From NCBI GenBank assembly GCA_963815455.1, contig CAWFGO010000001.1, positions 1,216,001-1,280,000 on the forward strand: a DNA stretch of 64,000 bases, read 5' to 3'. The notes under the pieces are model-generated. The model saw only the letters and a list, made by a program, of their open reading frames with translations. It made no database searches and was not told the origin of the DNA. Shown here one piece after another: positions 20,804-30,006 of this stretch; the stretch's first letter is position 1, and the number at the start of each line of letters is the position of its first letter. This DNA is from an uncultured Verrucomicrobiae bacterium (GTDB lineage Bacteria; Verrucomicrobiota; Verrucomicrobiia; Chthoniobacterales; UBA10450). The translations under genes were made by a program, and so were the position numbers.

Positions 20804-20926
20804 GCCTAACCAGACGGTGGAGCGAACAGCGACCGGCCTTTTCTCCACGCGCAGAGTAGATACAATGTCTTCCATGTTCTCCACCCTCGCTCTCGGTCGC
20901 CGCCGCTCACCTTGGTCTCGTTAGAT
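20804..20926 (+). other. attC site 5
   Basis: GCCTAAC CAGAC GGTGGAGC...GCTCACC TTGGTCTC GTTAGAT. Confidence 0.92.
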
Positions 20927-21383
20927 GAATCGGTTGCGTCTTGTCGCGTTGATAATTCTGTGCGTCACGGCCTCGTTCCGTGCGCAGGGCACTGGCTACT
21001 ACACTGCGGGGAGCCACATGACTAGCGCTGTCGACGCCAAGGGTGTCCGGCACGATGGGCACTCCTATAAAGGCGCTCCGCCTTGGCTCGCAGATCGCAC
21101 CTCAGGACCGTCACCAGATTACCCCATTCGCGAGCGCGCATTGCACCATCAAGGCCGAGTCATCGTTCGCCTCACCCTCGATCTTAAGACTGGCCGTGTT
21201 ATCAAGACCTCTTTGCTGAAGTCCTCGGGCTACCCCGAACTTGATCGCTGCGCGATTGCCGCTTTTAGCCGCTGGACGTGGCGTCCGGGCCGTTGGAAGG
21301 AGATAGACATGCCTACGAGATTTGAGATGGCCGATCCGTCTCAGCCGCCAGTCCCAGGGGCGACCCGGTTGCCGCACTCATGA
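20925..21383 (+). CDS. Cassette 6: secreted TonB C-terminal domain protein
   Basis: Signal peptide, PDYPIRERALHHQGRVIV, KSSGYPELDRCA and RWTWRPG; ATG overlaps R' of attC5. Confidence 0.8.
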   Translation: MNRLRLVALIILCVTASFRAQGTGYYTAGSHMTSAVDAKGVRHDGHSYKGAPPWLADRTSGPSPDYPIRERALHHQGRVIVRLTLDLKTGRVIKTSLLKSSGYPELDRCAIAAFSRWTWRPGRWKEIDMPTRFEMADPSQPPVPGATRLPHS

Positions 21384-21393
21384 TTCATCTAAC
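21382..21393 (+). other. Truncated terminal attC (R'' box only)
   Basis: GATTCATCTAAC is the exact reverse complement of GTTAGATGAATC that starts cassette 6; no L boxes or R' follow. Confidence 0.7.
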
Positions 21394-21565
21394 CATACAT
21401 CTGAGGTGGTCCGTCAAACATTTGGATTGAAGTTATTGGTAGGATTTTCAGGCGGCTTTAGGGAGTTGTTGATCGGCCATGAATAACTGCTGGATGACCA
21501 ATAATGCGATGCATTCGTTTTGATGAAGTGTTCCCCTAATTGTTCGCGAGCGAGAATCTCTTTTC

Positions 21566-21602
21566 GCGAGATCCTTCGCCGTCTACGCGGCTCAGGATGA
21601 CA
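21566..21602. repeat. Palindromic repeat family A, right arm
   Basis: CGCGAGATCCTTCGCCGTCTACGCGGCTCAGGATGACA. Confidence 0.7.
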
Positions 21603-21613
21603 AGGCCACGCTA

Positions 21614-22375
21614 TTAATGCTGCGCAGCTTTGACAATTTGCGCGAAGCTGCGCGGGTCGAGGCTGGCGCCGCCGACCAGGGCGCCGTCGATATCCGGTTG
21701 CGACATGAGCTCGCGCGCGTTTTCCGGTTTCACACTGCCGCCATATTGAATGCGGACGCGGTCGGCCGTCGTCTGATCGGAGAGTTCGAGAAGCGTGTGC
21801 CGAATAAAAGCGTGCGCCTCCTGCGCTTGCGCGGGAGTGGCGTTGCGGCCAGTGCCTATGGCCCAGACTGGTTCGTAGGCCACGATTGTTTCTTGTAACT
21901 CTTTGGCATCGAGACCGGCCAGGCTCCCGCGTAATTGGATCGACAATATCTTTTCCACGTTGCCGTGATCGCGTTGATCGAGCGTTTCGCCGACGCAAAC
22001 AATCGGACGCAGACTTGCTTCGTGCGCGGCGCGCACTTTGCGATTTACAATTTCATCGGTTTCGCCAAACAAGGCGCGCCGTTCGCTGTGGCCGAGCACG
22101 ACGTAGCGCACGAATAAATCGCGCAACATCGCCGACGAGATCTCGCCCGTGAACGCGCCGTTGCGCTCCCAATGCATGTTTTGCGCGCCGACCTTGATGT
22201 TCTGCGCGTCGCCCAGGGCTTCGTTCACTTTTGCAATCGCGGTGAACGGCGGAATGATCACGATTTCGGCATCCGCCGCGTCGCCGATTTCGAGTAGAAA
22301 GGTTTGGACGAACCGCGCAGCCTCGGCCTGCGTCATGTTCATCTTCCAATTCGCGGCAATAATTTTCTTACGCAT
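21614..22375 (-). CDS. tpiA: Triosephosphate isomerase
   Basis: ANWKMN, GHSERR, AYEPVWAIGTG, YGGSV and LVGGASL motifs. Confidence 0.97.
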   Translation of the reverse strand: MRKKIIAANWKMNMTQAEAARFVQTFLLEIGDAADAEIVIIPPFTAIAKVNEALGDAQNIKVGAQNMHWERNGAFTGEISSAMLRDLFVRYVVLGHSERRALFGETDEIVNRKVRAAHEASLRPIVCVGETLDQRDHGNVEKILSIQLRGSLAGLDAKELQETIVAYEPVWAIGTGRNATPAQAQEAHAFIRHTLLELSDQTTADRVRIQYGGSVKPENARELMSQPDIDGALVGGASLDPRSFAQIVKAAQH

Positions 22376-22388
22376 AATGAGCCGACGC

Positions 22389-22555
22389 GCGAGATCCCTC
22401 GCTACGCTCGGGATGACGGGAAGGGCTGGCGACGATTTTCTTTCTCATATCACGTGATCGTCAGCCCGAGCCCCGAACGCTTTCGGGGTTGAGGGATCCC
22501 GTGGCAAAAGGTACCGGTAACGCATCGGGATCCTTCGACTTCGCTCAGGATGACG
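22389..22555. repeat. Palindromic repeat family A: one right arm plus one full copy
   Basis: GCGAGATCCCTCGCTACGCTCGGGATGACG (22389-22418) and CGTCAGCCCGAGC...GCTCAGGATGACG (22460-22555). Confidence 0.8.
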
Positions 22556-22580
22556 GGGAAAGCGGGCGCGATTTTCTTTC

Positions 22581-23790
22581 TCATTTGTCAGTCAACGCGG
22601 CGACGCCCGGCAGTTCCTTGCCCTCGATTAATTCCAGCGATGCGCCGCCGCCGGTTGATATGAACGTCATTTTATCCGCGAGGCCGGCCTGTTTCACCGC
22701 GGTCACGGAATCGCCGCCGCCGATGATCGTGGTGGCGCCCGATTGGGCGAGGGCTTCGGCGATGGCAATTGTTCCTTCGGCGAACTCCGGGATCTCGAAT
22801 ACACCCAGCGGCCCGTTCCACAAAATCGTTTCGGCCTTGGCAATCTCCTCCTGGTAAAGCGCGATCGTGGCCGCGCCGATATCGACCGCGTGCCACCCAT
22901 CGCGAATGCCGTGCTCCTGGGAAAGCCGGCTCGTGTTCTCCATCGAAGCGCCGGCCTGGACTGCCTCCGCCTCCACAACATCGACCGGCAACAAAAAATT
23001 CACGCCGCGCTTTTTGGCAAGATCGACAATCTCATGCGCGAGATTGACCTTGTCGGACTCGACCCGGCTGGCGCCAATCGGGATTCCCTGCGCTTTGAAA
23101 AAAGTGTTAGCCATGGCGCCGCCGATCAGAATCGTGTCGGCCTTTTCCATGAGCGCTTTGAGCACGCCGATTTTATCGGAAACTTTCGAGCCGCCCATGA
23201 TCACGAGAAACGGCTTGGCCGGTTTGGCCAGTTCTTCGCGCAAATACTTCAGCTCCTTCTCCATCAACAGACCCATCGCCGATTGTTTCACGAACTTGGT
23301 GATTCCAGCAGTCGAGGCATGGGCGCGATGGGCCGCGCCGAAAGCATCGTTAACATAAAGGTCGCCGAGCTTGGCCAGCGCTTCGGCAAATTTCGGATCG
23401 TTCGCTTCTTCCTCGGGTTGGAACCGGACGTTTTCGAGCAACGCGACGTCCCCGTCGTGCATGGAATCGATGATGGTTTTCGGCACATTGCCGATCGTGT
23501 CGTGACTGAAAATGACCGGATGATGGATGAGCGAATGCAAATGATCGCCCACTGGCCGCAGTGAATATTTTTCCACCGGTTTTCCCTTGGGCCGGCCGAA
23601 GTGGGCCATCAAAATCGTCTTCGCCTTATGCTCGCGCAGATAATTGATGGTGGGAAGGCTCTCGCGAATCCGGGTGTCATCGGTGATACGAAATTTCCCG
23701 CCATGGGTATCGGTCGGCACATTAAAATCGACCCGGACGAGGACGCGCTTCCCCCGGACGTCAAGATCGCGAACGGTGAGCTTAGCTCAT
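22581..23790 (-). CDS. pgk: Phosphoglycerate kinase; one extra base directly after the start codon
   Basis: VLVRVDFNVP, HFGRP, LLENVRF, GGGDS and ISTGGGASLE; the start reads ATG-A-GCT AAG CTC. Confidence 0.95.
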
Positions 23791-23791
23791 A

Positions 23792-24220
23792 TTACTCGTG
23801 CTCGTAATCGTAATCGTGCTCGTAATCGATCCCTGCTTGTTCTCCTTCCCGCACTCGTCCAGCGCGATCGGAAAATCGGCGCAACAATCCGACAAGCATC
23901 TCAACGATGCGAACCAGCTGCTCCTTCCGTTCGTTGGCAATCTTTTGCTTGGCGAGTTTTCGCGCCACCAAGACATCGAGACGCGCCGCGCATTCGACTG
24001 CCGAGCCACGCGCGATTTCGAAGAACCGGGAACGATCGGCCGCAGAAAATTTGCCGTTCCCCTCGGCGATATTCAGCGGCACGCTGGTCGAGGCCCGGTC
24101 GAGCTGGTCTTTCGCGGCCGCCTTCTCGGTGATTGTTTTCAAAAAGTCACCCACCCATCCACAGAAGTCGATCGCTTGGACGTAAACGTCCAGTTTCTCG
24201 TGATCAAAGTGGATTTTCAT
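23792..24220 (-). CDS. Four-helix-bundle protein (23S rRNA intervening-sequence protein family)
   Basis: EKLDVY, DQLDRASTSVPLNIAEG and FFEIARGSAVEC motifs. Confidence 0.9.
   Translation of the reverse strand: MKIHFDHEKLDVYVQAIDFCGWVGDFLKTITEKAAAKDQLDRASTSVPLNIAEGNGKFSAADRSRFFEIARGSAVECAARLDVLVARKLAKQKIANERKEQLVRIVEMLVGLLRRFSDRAGRVREGEQAGIDYEHDYDYEHE
23795..23828. repeat. Hexamer tandem repeat (TAATCG/TGCTCG), one arm of an inverted pair
   Basis: CTCGTGCTCGTAATCGTAATCGTGCTCGTAATCG; encodes the DYEHDYDYEHE tail of the four-helix-bundle protein. Confidence 0.85.
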
Positions 24221-24234
24221 GGGCTAATGAAAAC

Positions 24235-24267
24235 CGATTACGATTACGAGCACGAGCACGATTACGA
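24235..24267. repeat. Hexamer tandem repeat (CGATTA/CGAGCA), other arm of the inverted pair
   Basis: CGATTACGATTACGAGCACGAGCACGATTACGA. Confidence 0.85.
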
Positions 24268-24268
24268 A

Positions 24269-25271
24269 CTATTTGCCGAGCATTTCCAGCATTTCCACGC
24301 AGCGATTGCTGTAGCCCCATTCGTTGTCGTACCACCCCACGATCTTGGCGAACCGGTTCCCAAGTGTGATGGTCAGTTTGCTGTCGAAAATGCACGAGTG
24401 CGGGTTGCCTACGATGTCCTGCGAAACCAGCGGCTCGTCGCTGAATTCGAGCACGCCTTTGTAACTCTTGTCCGCGGCGGCCTCTTTGAATGCGGCGTTA
24501 ATCGCATCCACCGAGGCATCCTTCTCCAGGACCACGGTGAAATCTGTGACCGAACCGTCCGGCGTGGGGACGCGGAAGGCGCCGCCGTTCAGTTTTCCCT
24601 TTAGAGCGGGAATCACTTCACCGATCGCTTTGGCCGCGCCGGTGCTGGATGGAATGATGCTGACTCGCCGCCGCCCGGGCCCGTCGCAAATCCTCGTGGG
24701 GCAGATCGAGAATCCGTTGATCGTTGGTATAACTGTGGATCGTGCTCATGAACCCGTGGGCGATACCGAACTTGTCATTCATCACTTTGGCCAACGGCGC
24801 GAGGCAATTCGTCGTGCAACTGGCGTTGGAAACGATCGTGTGCTTGGCCGGATCGTAGACGTCGTCATTAATCCCGACGCAAATCGTGGCGTCGGGGTTT
24901 TTCGCCGGCGCGGAGATCAGGACCCGTTTCGCGCCGCCTTTGCTGATATGCAGCTCGGCTTTGTCGCGACTGGTGAAAAATCCGGTCGATTCGAGGACAA
25001 CATCGACATCGAGCTTTTTCCACGGGAGATTTCCCGGGTCGCGCTCTTTGAAGATTCTGATCTTATGGCCGCGCACGATGATGTTTTCATCGTCGTAACC
25101 GATTTCACCGTCGAATTTGCCGTGGACCGAGTCCCACTTGAGCAAGTGGGCCAGCGTATGCGTGTCGGTTAGATCGTTAATGCTCCGGACACGCTCGACT
25201 TGTTTCTGTGACATGGCGCGCAGGACATTGCGCCCGATGCGGCCGAAGCCGTTGATTGCGAAGTTTGCCAT
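24269..25271 (-). CDS. gap: Type I glyceraldehyde-3-phosphate dehydrogenase; frameshift near 24665
   Basis: [30 protein letters not shown] and WYDNEWGYS split over two ORFs. Confidence 0.95.
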
Positions 25272-25343
25272 AGTATATTTGCGAGTTTCGATTTGCGATC
25301 GCTGATCAAATTACATCAGCAAGGAAAGGGATGGGAAACTAAA

Positions 25344-26099
25344 GTGGGTGAACGACCGAAGCAATTCCGAACTGCCGCCTTGATTGCAGGATTGTCGATC
25401 CTGTCCGCGCCAAGCCTGTCTGCTTCTCCGGTGAAAAGGATCCTCGTGTTTGGGGACAGTTTATCGGACGGCTTGAGCCTGAACCGCAGCCAGGCCTACC
25501 CGGCGTTGCTCGTTCACAAGTTGCGCGAAGCGGGATTGAATTACGAAGTCACCAATGCCAGCGCCAGCGGCGGCACGACCGATGGAGGATTGCGCCGGTT
25601 GCCGCCGCATCTAAAACGCAAGATCGACATCTTCATCTTGGAATTGGGAATCAACGATCTCTTTCTCGGCACGCCGGTTGAAGAAATTCGCAATAATCTC
25701 CAGGCGATTATCGACAAGGTGAAAACGCGTAACCCGAACGTGCGGATCATCATCTGCGGGATGCAGTTGCCGAACTCTTCCTCCGGCAATTACGTGGGCG
25801 CGTTTGGACAAATGTTTGCCGATCTCGCGGCTAAGAATCATGCCGCGCTCGTCCCGTATCTGCTGCAAGGCGTCGGGGGCGATCCGTTATTGAACCTGCC
25901 CGATCACATCCATCCCAACGCGGCCGGGCAACGCGTTTTGGCGGAAAATGTCTGGCGGGTGCTCAAGCCGATTGCCCGCGATACGGCCGCCGAGAACGCC
26001 GTCGCACGAAAGATAAAACTAAGATGGACCCAGCACGACCCAACCAACTCGAACCGGCCGACCCGTTCTTTCACGAGCGCGCCGATCACGCCATTTTGA
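25344..26099 (+). CDS. SGNH/GDSL arylesterase (TesA-like)
   Basis: FGDSLSDG, SASGGTT, ELGIND and DHIHPN blocks; 3' end overlaps the next gene and may be over-extended. Confidence 0.85.
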   Translation: MGERPKQFRTAALIAGLSILSAPSLSASPVKRILVFGDSLSDGLSLNRSQAYPALLVHKLREAGLNYEVTNASASGGTTDGGLRRLPPHLKRKIDIFILELGINDLFLGTPVEEIRNNLQAIIDKVKTRNPNVRIIICGMQLPNSSSGNYVGAFGQMFADLAAKNHAALVPYLLQGVGGDPLLNLPDHIHPNAAGQRVLAENVWRVLKPIARDTAAENAVARKIKLRWTQHDPTNSNRPTRSFTSAPITPF

Positions 26100-26314
26100 A
26101 CAAGATCGAGATCGCCACCGAGGGAGAGGATTGCGATGAGTGCGTGCGACGTCTGCGCCCGGTGCTGATGAAGATCAACGGCGTCCACGGCGTGGACGTC
26201 GATCTCGAAAATGAACGCGTCGTGGTAACGTTCGACGCCCGCAAAACGCACGCCCCGGATTTGCACGACGCGATTTTGGCCAGCAAATACAAGCCCGGGC
26301 TGGCGGCCGAGTGA
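26024..26314 (+). CDS. Heavy-metal-associated (HMA/CopZ-like) protein
   Basis: GEDCDEC (CxxC) with GVHGVDVDLE...VTFD HMA pattern. Confidence 0.75.
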   Translation: MDPARPNQLEPADPFFHERADHAILNKIEIATEGEDCDECVRRLRPVLMKINGVHGVDVDLENERVVVTFDARKTHAPDLHDAILASKYKPGLAAE

Positions 26315-27363
26315 CTAGACCGCGGGTTGCTGCTGGGTGAGGCAATGGAATGTGCCGAGGCCCCAGATCAATTCACGGCAATCGATGCCGATGACGCGGC
26401 GATTGGGAAATAGCTCGCGCAGGATCGACAACGCTTTTTCGTCGGCGGGATCGGCGAAAGTCGGGACGAGCACACAGGTGTTTGCGATATAGAAATTGGC
26501 GTAGCTGGCGGGGAGATGCAGGCCTTCACGCACAGTCTGCTTCGGCATCGGCATGGTGACGATGTCGATGTTGCGACCACCAATCTTCATATCGCGCAGC
26601 CGGGCGAGATTTTCCTGGAGCGGCTCGAAATTTTCGTTGTCGCGATCTTCTTCGATCACGGTGACGACCTTTGTTCTCCGAGACAAAACGCGCGAGATCG
26701 TCGATGTGCCCGTCGGTGTCGTCGCCGACGATCCCGTCGCCAAGCCAGAGAATTTCGCGAACTCCGAGAAAATCGCGGAGACGCTGTTCGATCTGGCTCG
26801 CGGGAAAGATTCGGGTTCCGATTTTTGTTGAGCAAACACGATTCGCTGGTGAGCAATGCGCCCGAGCCGTTCACGTCGATCGAGCCGCCTTCCAGAATCA
26901 TCCGCGGATAAAACACCGGCAGTCTTAGGAGCTCGGCCACCCGGGTGGGCACGACTTCATCGAGATCGAATGGCGGATACTTGTTGCCCCAGGCGTTATA
27001 ATCCCAATCGACAATCGCAAGCTTTGGATCGACATCACGGGTAAGAAAAATCGGGCCGTGATCGCGGCACCACGGCTCGTTTGTTGGAATTTCGTAGTAG
27101 GTAATGCATTCCTGGTGCGGCAACGAATCCAGGACCGCTCGCGCTTCAGCTTCGTGGGCACCGTTGACGACATTGATGCATACCGGCTCCGATTCGGTCA
27201 GGGCCGCGACCAACTCGTATAGCGTCGGCAGCACGCGATCGAACGAATCGGGAAAACTGATTCCTTCGCGGCGCGGCCAGGAGAGCCAGGTGGCGGCGTG
27301 CGGCTCCCATTCGGCCGGCATTCGATAGCCGAGCTGGGCGGGAGTTTCAGAATATTGAGGCAT
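26315..27363 (-). CDS. aguA: Agmatine deiminase family protein; two frameshifts (about 26795 and 26680)
   Basis: RMPAEWEPH, WCRDHGP, EGGSIDVNG, GDDTDGHID (intermediate frame), ASYANFY and GTFHCLTQQ. Confidence 0.88.
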
Positions 27364-27377
27364 GCGTTAAATTTCAC

Positions 27378-27471
27378 CGTCATTCCGAGCGAAGTCGAGG
27401 AATCCCGATGCGCTAGCTTAAGCCTGCAACCCGGGATCCCTCGACTTCGCTACGCTTCGCTCGGGATGACA
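27378..27471. repeat. Palindromic repeat family A
   Basis: CGTCATTCCGAGCGAAGTCGAGGAATCCC...GGGATCCCTCGACTTCGC...GCTCGGGATGACA. Confidence 0.85.
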
Positions 27472-27546
27472 ATCGGTAATGCACGCGGCGTGGTTTCAGG
27501 ATTCGTATTGATTACTTAAAGCAAGAGATACAATGATTCTGGAAAC

Positions 27547-30006
27547 GTGGAATCAGCAAAGCCAACGCCTAAGCCGCGTCCGATCTGGGCGACATACGGT
27601 GTCGCTCTTTTTAGCGTTGGCGCGGCCATCCTCATTCGCTGGCTGCTCGATCCGTTTTTGCATGACCAGCTCCAACTGCTCACTCTTTACGGCGCAGTGG
27701 CGATGGCGGTTTGGTTTGGCGGGTGGCGACCGGCGCTGTTGGCCAGCATGGCTGGGTACGTCCTCGCCCAATATATTTTTATTTCGCCACGTTATGCGTT
27801 TGATTTCGCGAGCCCGGTTATTTGGGCGGGGTTGATCGGCTATTCGCTCTCGTGCGGGATCATCATTTTTCTGGGCGAAGCGATGCGCCGGGCCCGGGGG
27901 CGCGTGGAAGAGCATAGCTCGCGTTTGGAGCAGGAAATGGCCGAACGCGAGCGGACCGAGCAGGCCCTGGCGGAAAGCGCACGCCGTCGGGAAGTGTTGT
28001 ACAAATTTGTGGAACGCCGCCGTCGCGCGACGTCGTTGAAGGACATTTACGATTCGGCATTGGACGCGATTCTCGGTGCGCTCCGCTGTGATCGCGCCTC
28101 AATTCTGCTTCTGGACGATTCCGGCACAATGCGCTTCACCGCCTGGCGGCATTTGTCCGATGCCTACTGCGAGGCAGTCGATGGTCATTCGCCTTGGAAA
28201 ACAGACGACCCGGAGCCGGAGCCGATTTGGATTGCCGATGTCGCCGATTCGGACCTCGACGTTTCCCTAAAGGCGCTGGTGCGAAGGGAAGGAATCCGTG
28301 CGCTCGCCTTTGTTCCGCTGATCGCCGAAGACCGCCTGATCGGCAAATTCACGATTTACTACAACGCGCCTCATGTTTTCAGCGATGACGAAATCGAACT
28401 AAGCCTGAGCATCGCTCTGCAACTCGCCCTCGGCACGGAGCGCAAGCGCGCGGAAGAACAGTTGCACGCCAACGAGGAGCGGCTGCGGCTGGCTACGCAA
28501 ACCGGCAAGATTGGAATCTGGGAGTGGGACATTCCCAAAAATCGCGTCTCTTGGACCGATTCGCTCTTCGTGATGCACGGCGTAAAGAAGGAAGATTTTA
28601 ACGCCACGGCGGAAGGATTTGCCGCGCTGGTTCATCCGGACGATCGCGAATTTGTTTCCAAAGCCATCGAGCAAACCTTGACCAACGATGCGCCCTATGA
28701 ACTGACATTTCGAGCTTTGCGATCGGATGGGACCGTTGTTTGGCTTTTCACAAACGCCATGGTGGTGCGAGACGGCCAGGAGCCGTTGCGAATGATCGGA
28801 ACGACGACCGATATCACCGAGCTCAAGCAAGCCGAAGAAGCGTTGTCGCGGGCCAAGGGCCAGGCGGAGGAAGCCAACCGCGCCAAGGATCAGTTCCTGG
28901 CTATGTTGTCACACGAACTGCGCACGCCGCTAACGCCAGTTCTGATGACGGCCTCGGCTCTGGAAGGCGACCGCACAATCGCGACCGATCTGCGCGAGCA
29001 GCTCGGCATGATTCGGCGCAACATCGAACTGGAAGCGCGGCTAATCGACGATTTGTTGGACGTAACGCGAATCGCGCACGGAAAATTCGATCTCCGTGAT
29101 GAGACTGTCGATCTTCACGCAGCGATTGAGCACGCCCTCAGCATCTCCGCGTTAGAACTGGAGACAAAGAAACTACACGTCACGAAAAAGCTCGAAGCGA
29201 CCGAGTATCACTGCCGGGGCGACGCGGCCAGACTGCAGGAAGTTTTCTGGAACATTCTGCGCAACGCCGTGAAATTCACGCCCCGGGGCGGCAAGATCGA
29301 CATCTCCACCCGAAACGATGGCGACCACAGCGCGATCATCGAATTCAGCGACAGCGGCATCGGCATCGAGCCGGAATTGCGACCCCGGATCTTCGACGCG
29401 TTTGAGCAGGGCGCACGCGCTCATGGCGTGCGATATGGCGGCCTCGGACTCGGCCTGGCGATTTCGAAACGGATCGTCGATTTGCACAAGGGAAAGATTG
29501 AAGCGCGGAGCCCCGGCCCCGGCCAGGGATCCACGTTCAGCGTAACGCTAAATACCATTCAGGCGCCGCAAGCCCCTGAACGCGCAAAGCCTTTGCCAGC
29601 GAAACATCCAGCCGATGCCGCTCAAATATTGATTGTCGAAGACCACAAGGACACGTCCGATGTTCTGCGCCGGATTTTGGAAAACAGCGGTTACTCAGTA
29701 ACAGTCTGTAACACCACCGAGAAAGCGCGAACCGCCGCCGACAGACGGAAATTCAACCTGGTGATCAGCGATATCGCGCTATCGGACGGAAGTGGCCTCG
29801 ATTTGATGCGCCACTTGAGCGAGGCGCAGGGCCTGAATGGGATCGCGCTGAGCGGCTTCGGCACTCAGGAAGATGTGAGGGCGAGCAAAAAAGCCGGATT
29901 CGCCGCGCACCTGACTAAACCCGTCGATTTGGAACGATTACGCGAGACAATTGTCGAATTGTTAGGGCAAGGGAAGTCTATCGAACCCCAAACAACATCT
30001 CCTTGA
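27547..30006 (+). CDS. Hybrid sensor histidine kinase (membrane sensor-GAF-PAS-HisKA-HATPase-REC)
   Basis: SHELRTPL, NAVKFT, GGLGLGL and receiver ILIVED...SDIAL...HLTKP. Confidence 0.92.
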   Translation: MESAKPTPKPRPIWATYGVALFSVGAAILIRWLLDPFLHDQLQLLTLYGAVAMAVWFGGWRPALLASMAGYVLAQYIFISPRYAFDFASPVIWAGLIGYSLSCGIIIFLGEAMRRARGRVEEHSSRLEQEMAERERTEQALAESARRREVLYKFVERRRRATSLKDIYDSALDAILGALRCDRASILLLDDSGTMRFTAWRHLSDAYCEAVDGHSPWKTDDPEPEPIWIADVADSDLDVSLKALVRREGIRALAFVPLIAEDRLIGKFTIYYNAPHVFSDDEIELSLSIALQLALGTERKRAEEQLHANEERLRLATQTGKIGIWEWDIPKNRVSWTDSLFVMHGVKKEDFNATAEGFAALVHPDDREFVSKAIEQTLTNDAPYELTFRALRSDGTVVWLFTNAMVVRDGQEPLRMIGTTTDITELKQAEEALSRAKGQAEEANRAKDQFLAMLSHELRTPLTPVLMTASALEGDRTIATDLREQLGMIRRNIELEARLIDDLLDVTRIAHGKFDLRDETVDLHAAIEHALSISALELETKKLHVTKKLEATEYHCRGDAARLQEVFWNILRNAVKFTPRGGKIDISTRNDGDHSAIIEFSDSGIGIEPELRPRIFDAFEQGARAHGVRYGGLGLGLAISKRIVDLHKGKIEARSPGPGQGSTFSVTLNTIQAPQAPERAKPLPAKHPADAAQILIVEDHKDTSDVLRRILENSGYSVTVCNTTEKARTAADRRKFNLVISDIALSDGSGLDLMRHLSEAQGLNGIALSGFGTQEDVRASKKAGFAAHLTKPVDLERLRETIVELLGQGKSIEPQTTSP

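Larger units (their letters stand above)
17401..21393 (+). mobile_element. Integron gene-cassette array (six cassettes, five full attC sites) without adjacent integrase
   Basis: Short unrelated ORFs separated by 123-129 bp attC palindromes bounded by RYYYAAC and GTTRRRY; each cassette's ends are complementary. Confidence 0.92.

Noticed and set aside
17774..20926. Regularly recurring repeats read as a CRISPR array
   Set aside because: Units are 123-129 bp, divergent, and separated by whole genes; they carry attC boxes, and no cas genes are present.
21414..21545. Possible transposase remnant after the array (YWSSSSY on the minus strand)
   Set aside because: Too short and no other motif; cannot be supported.
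16445..21613. Integron integrase gene near the array
   Set aside because: No ORF on either strand shows tyrosine-recombinase R-H-x-x-R/Y motifs; the flanks are a LolA-like gene and tpiA.
11200..26800. Programmed frameshifting or pseudogenisation in argS, gap, pgk and aguA
   Set aside because: No shared slippery motif, and the frequency across unrelated essential genes points to sequence error.
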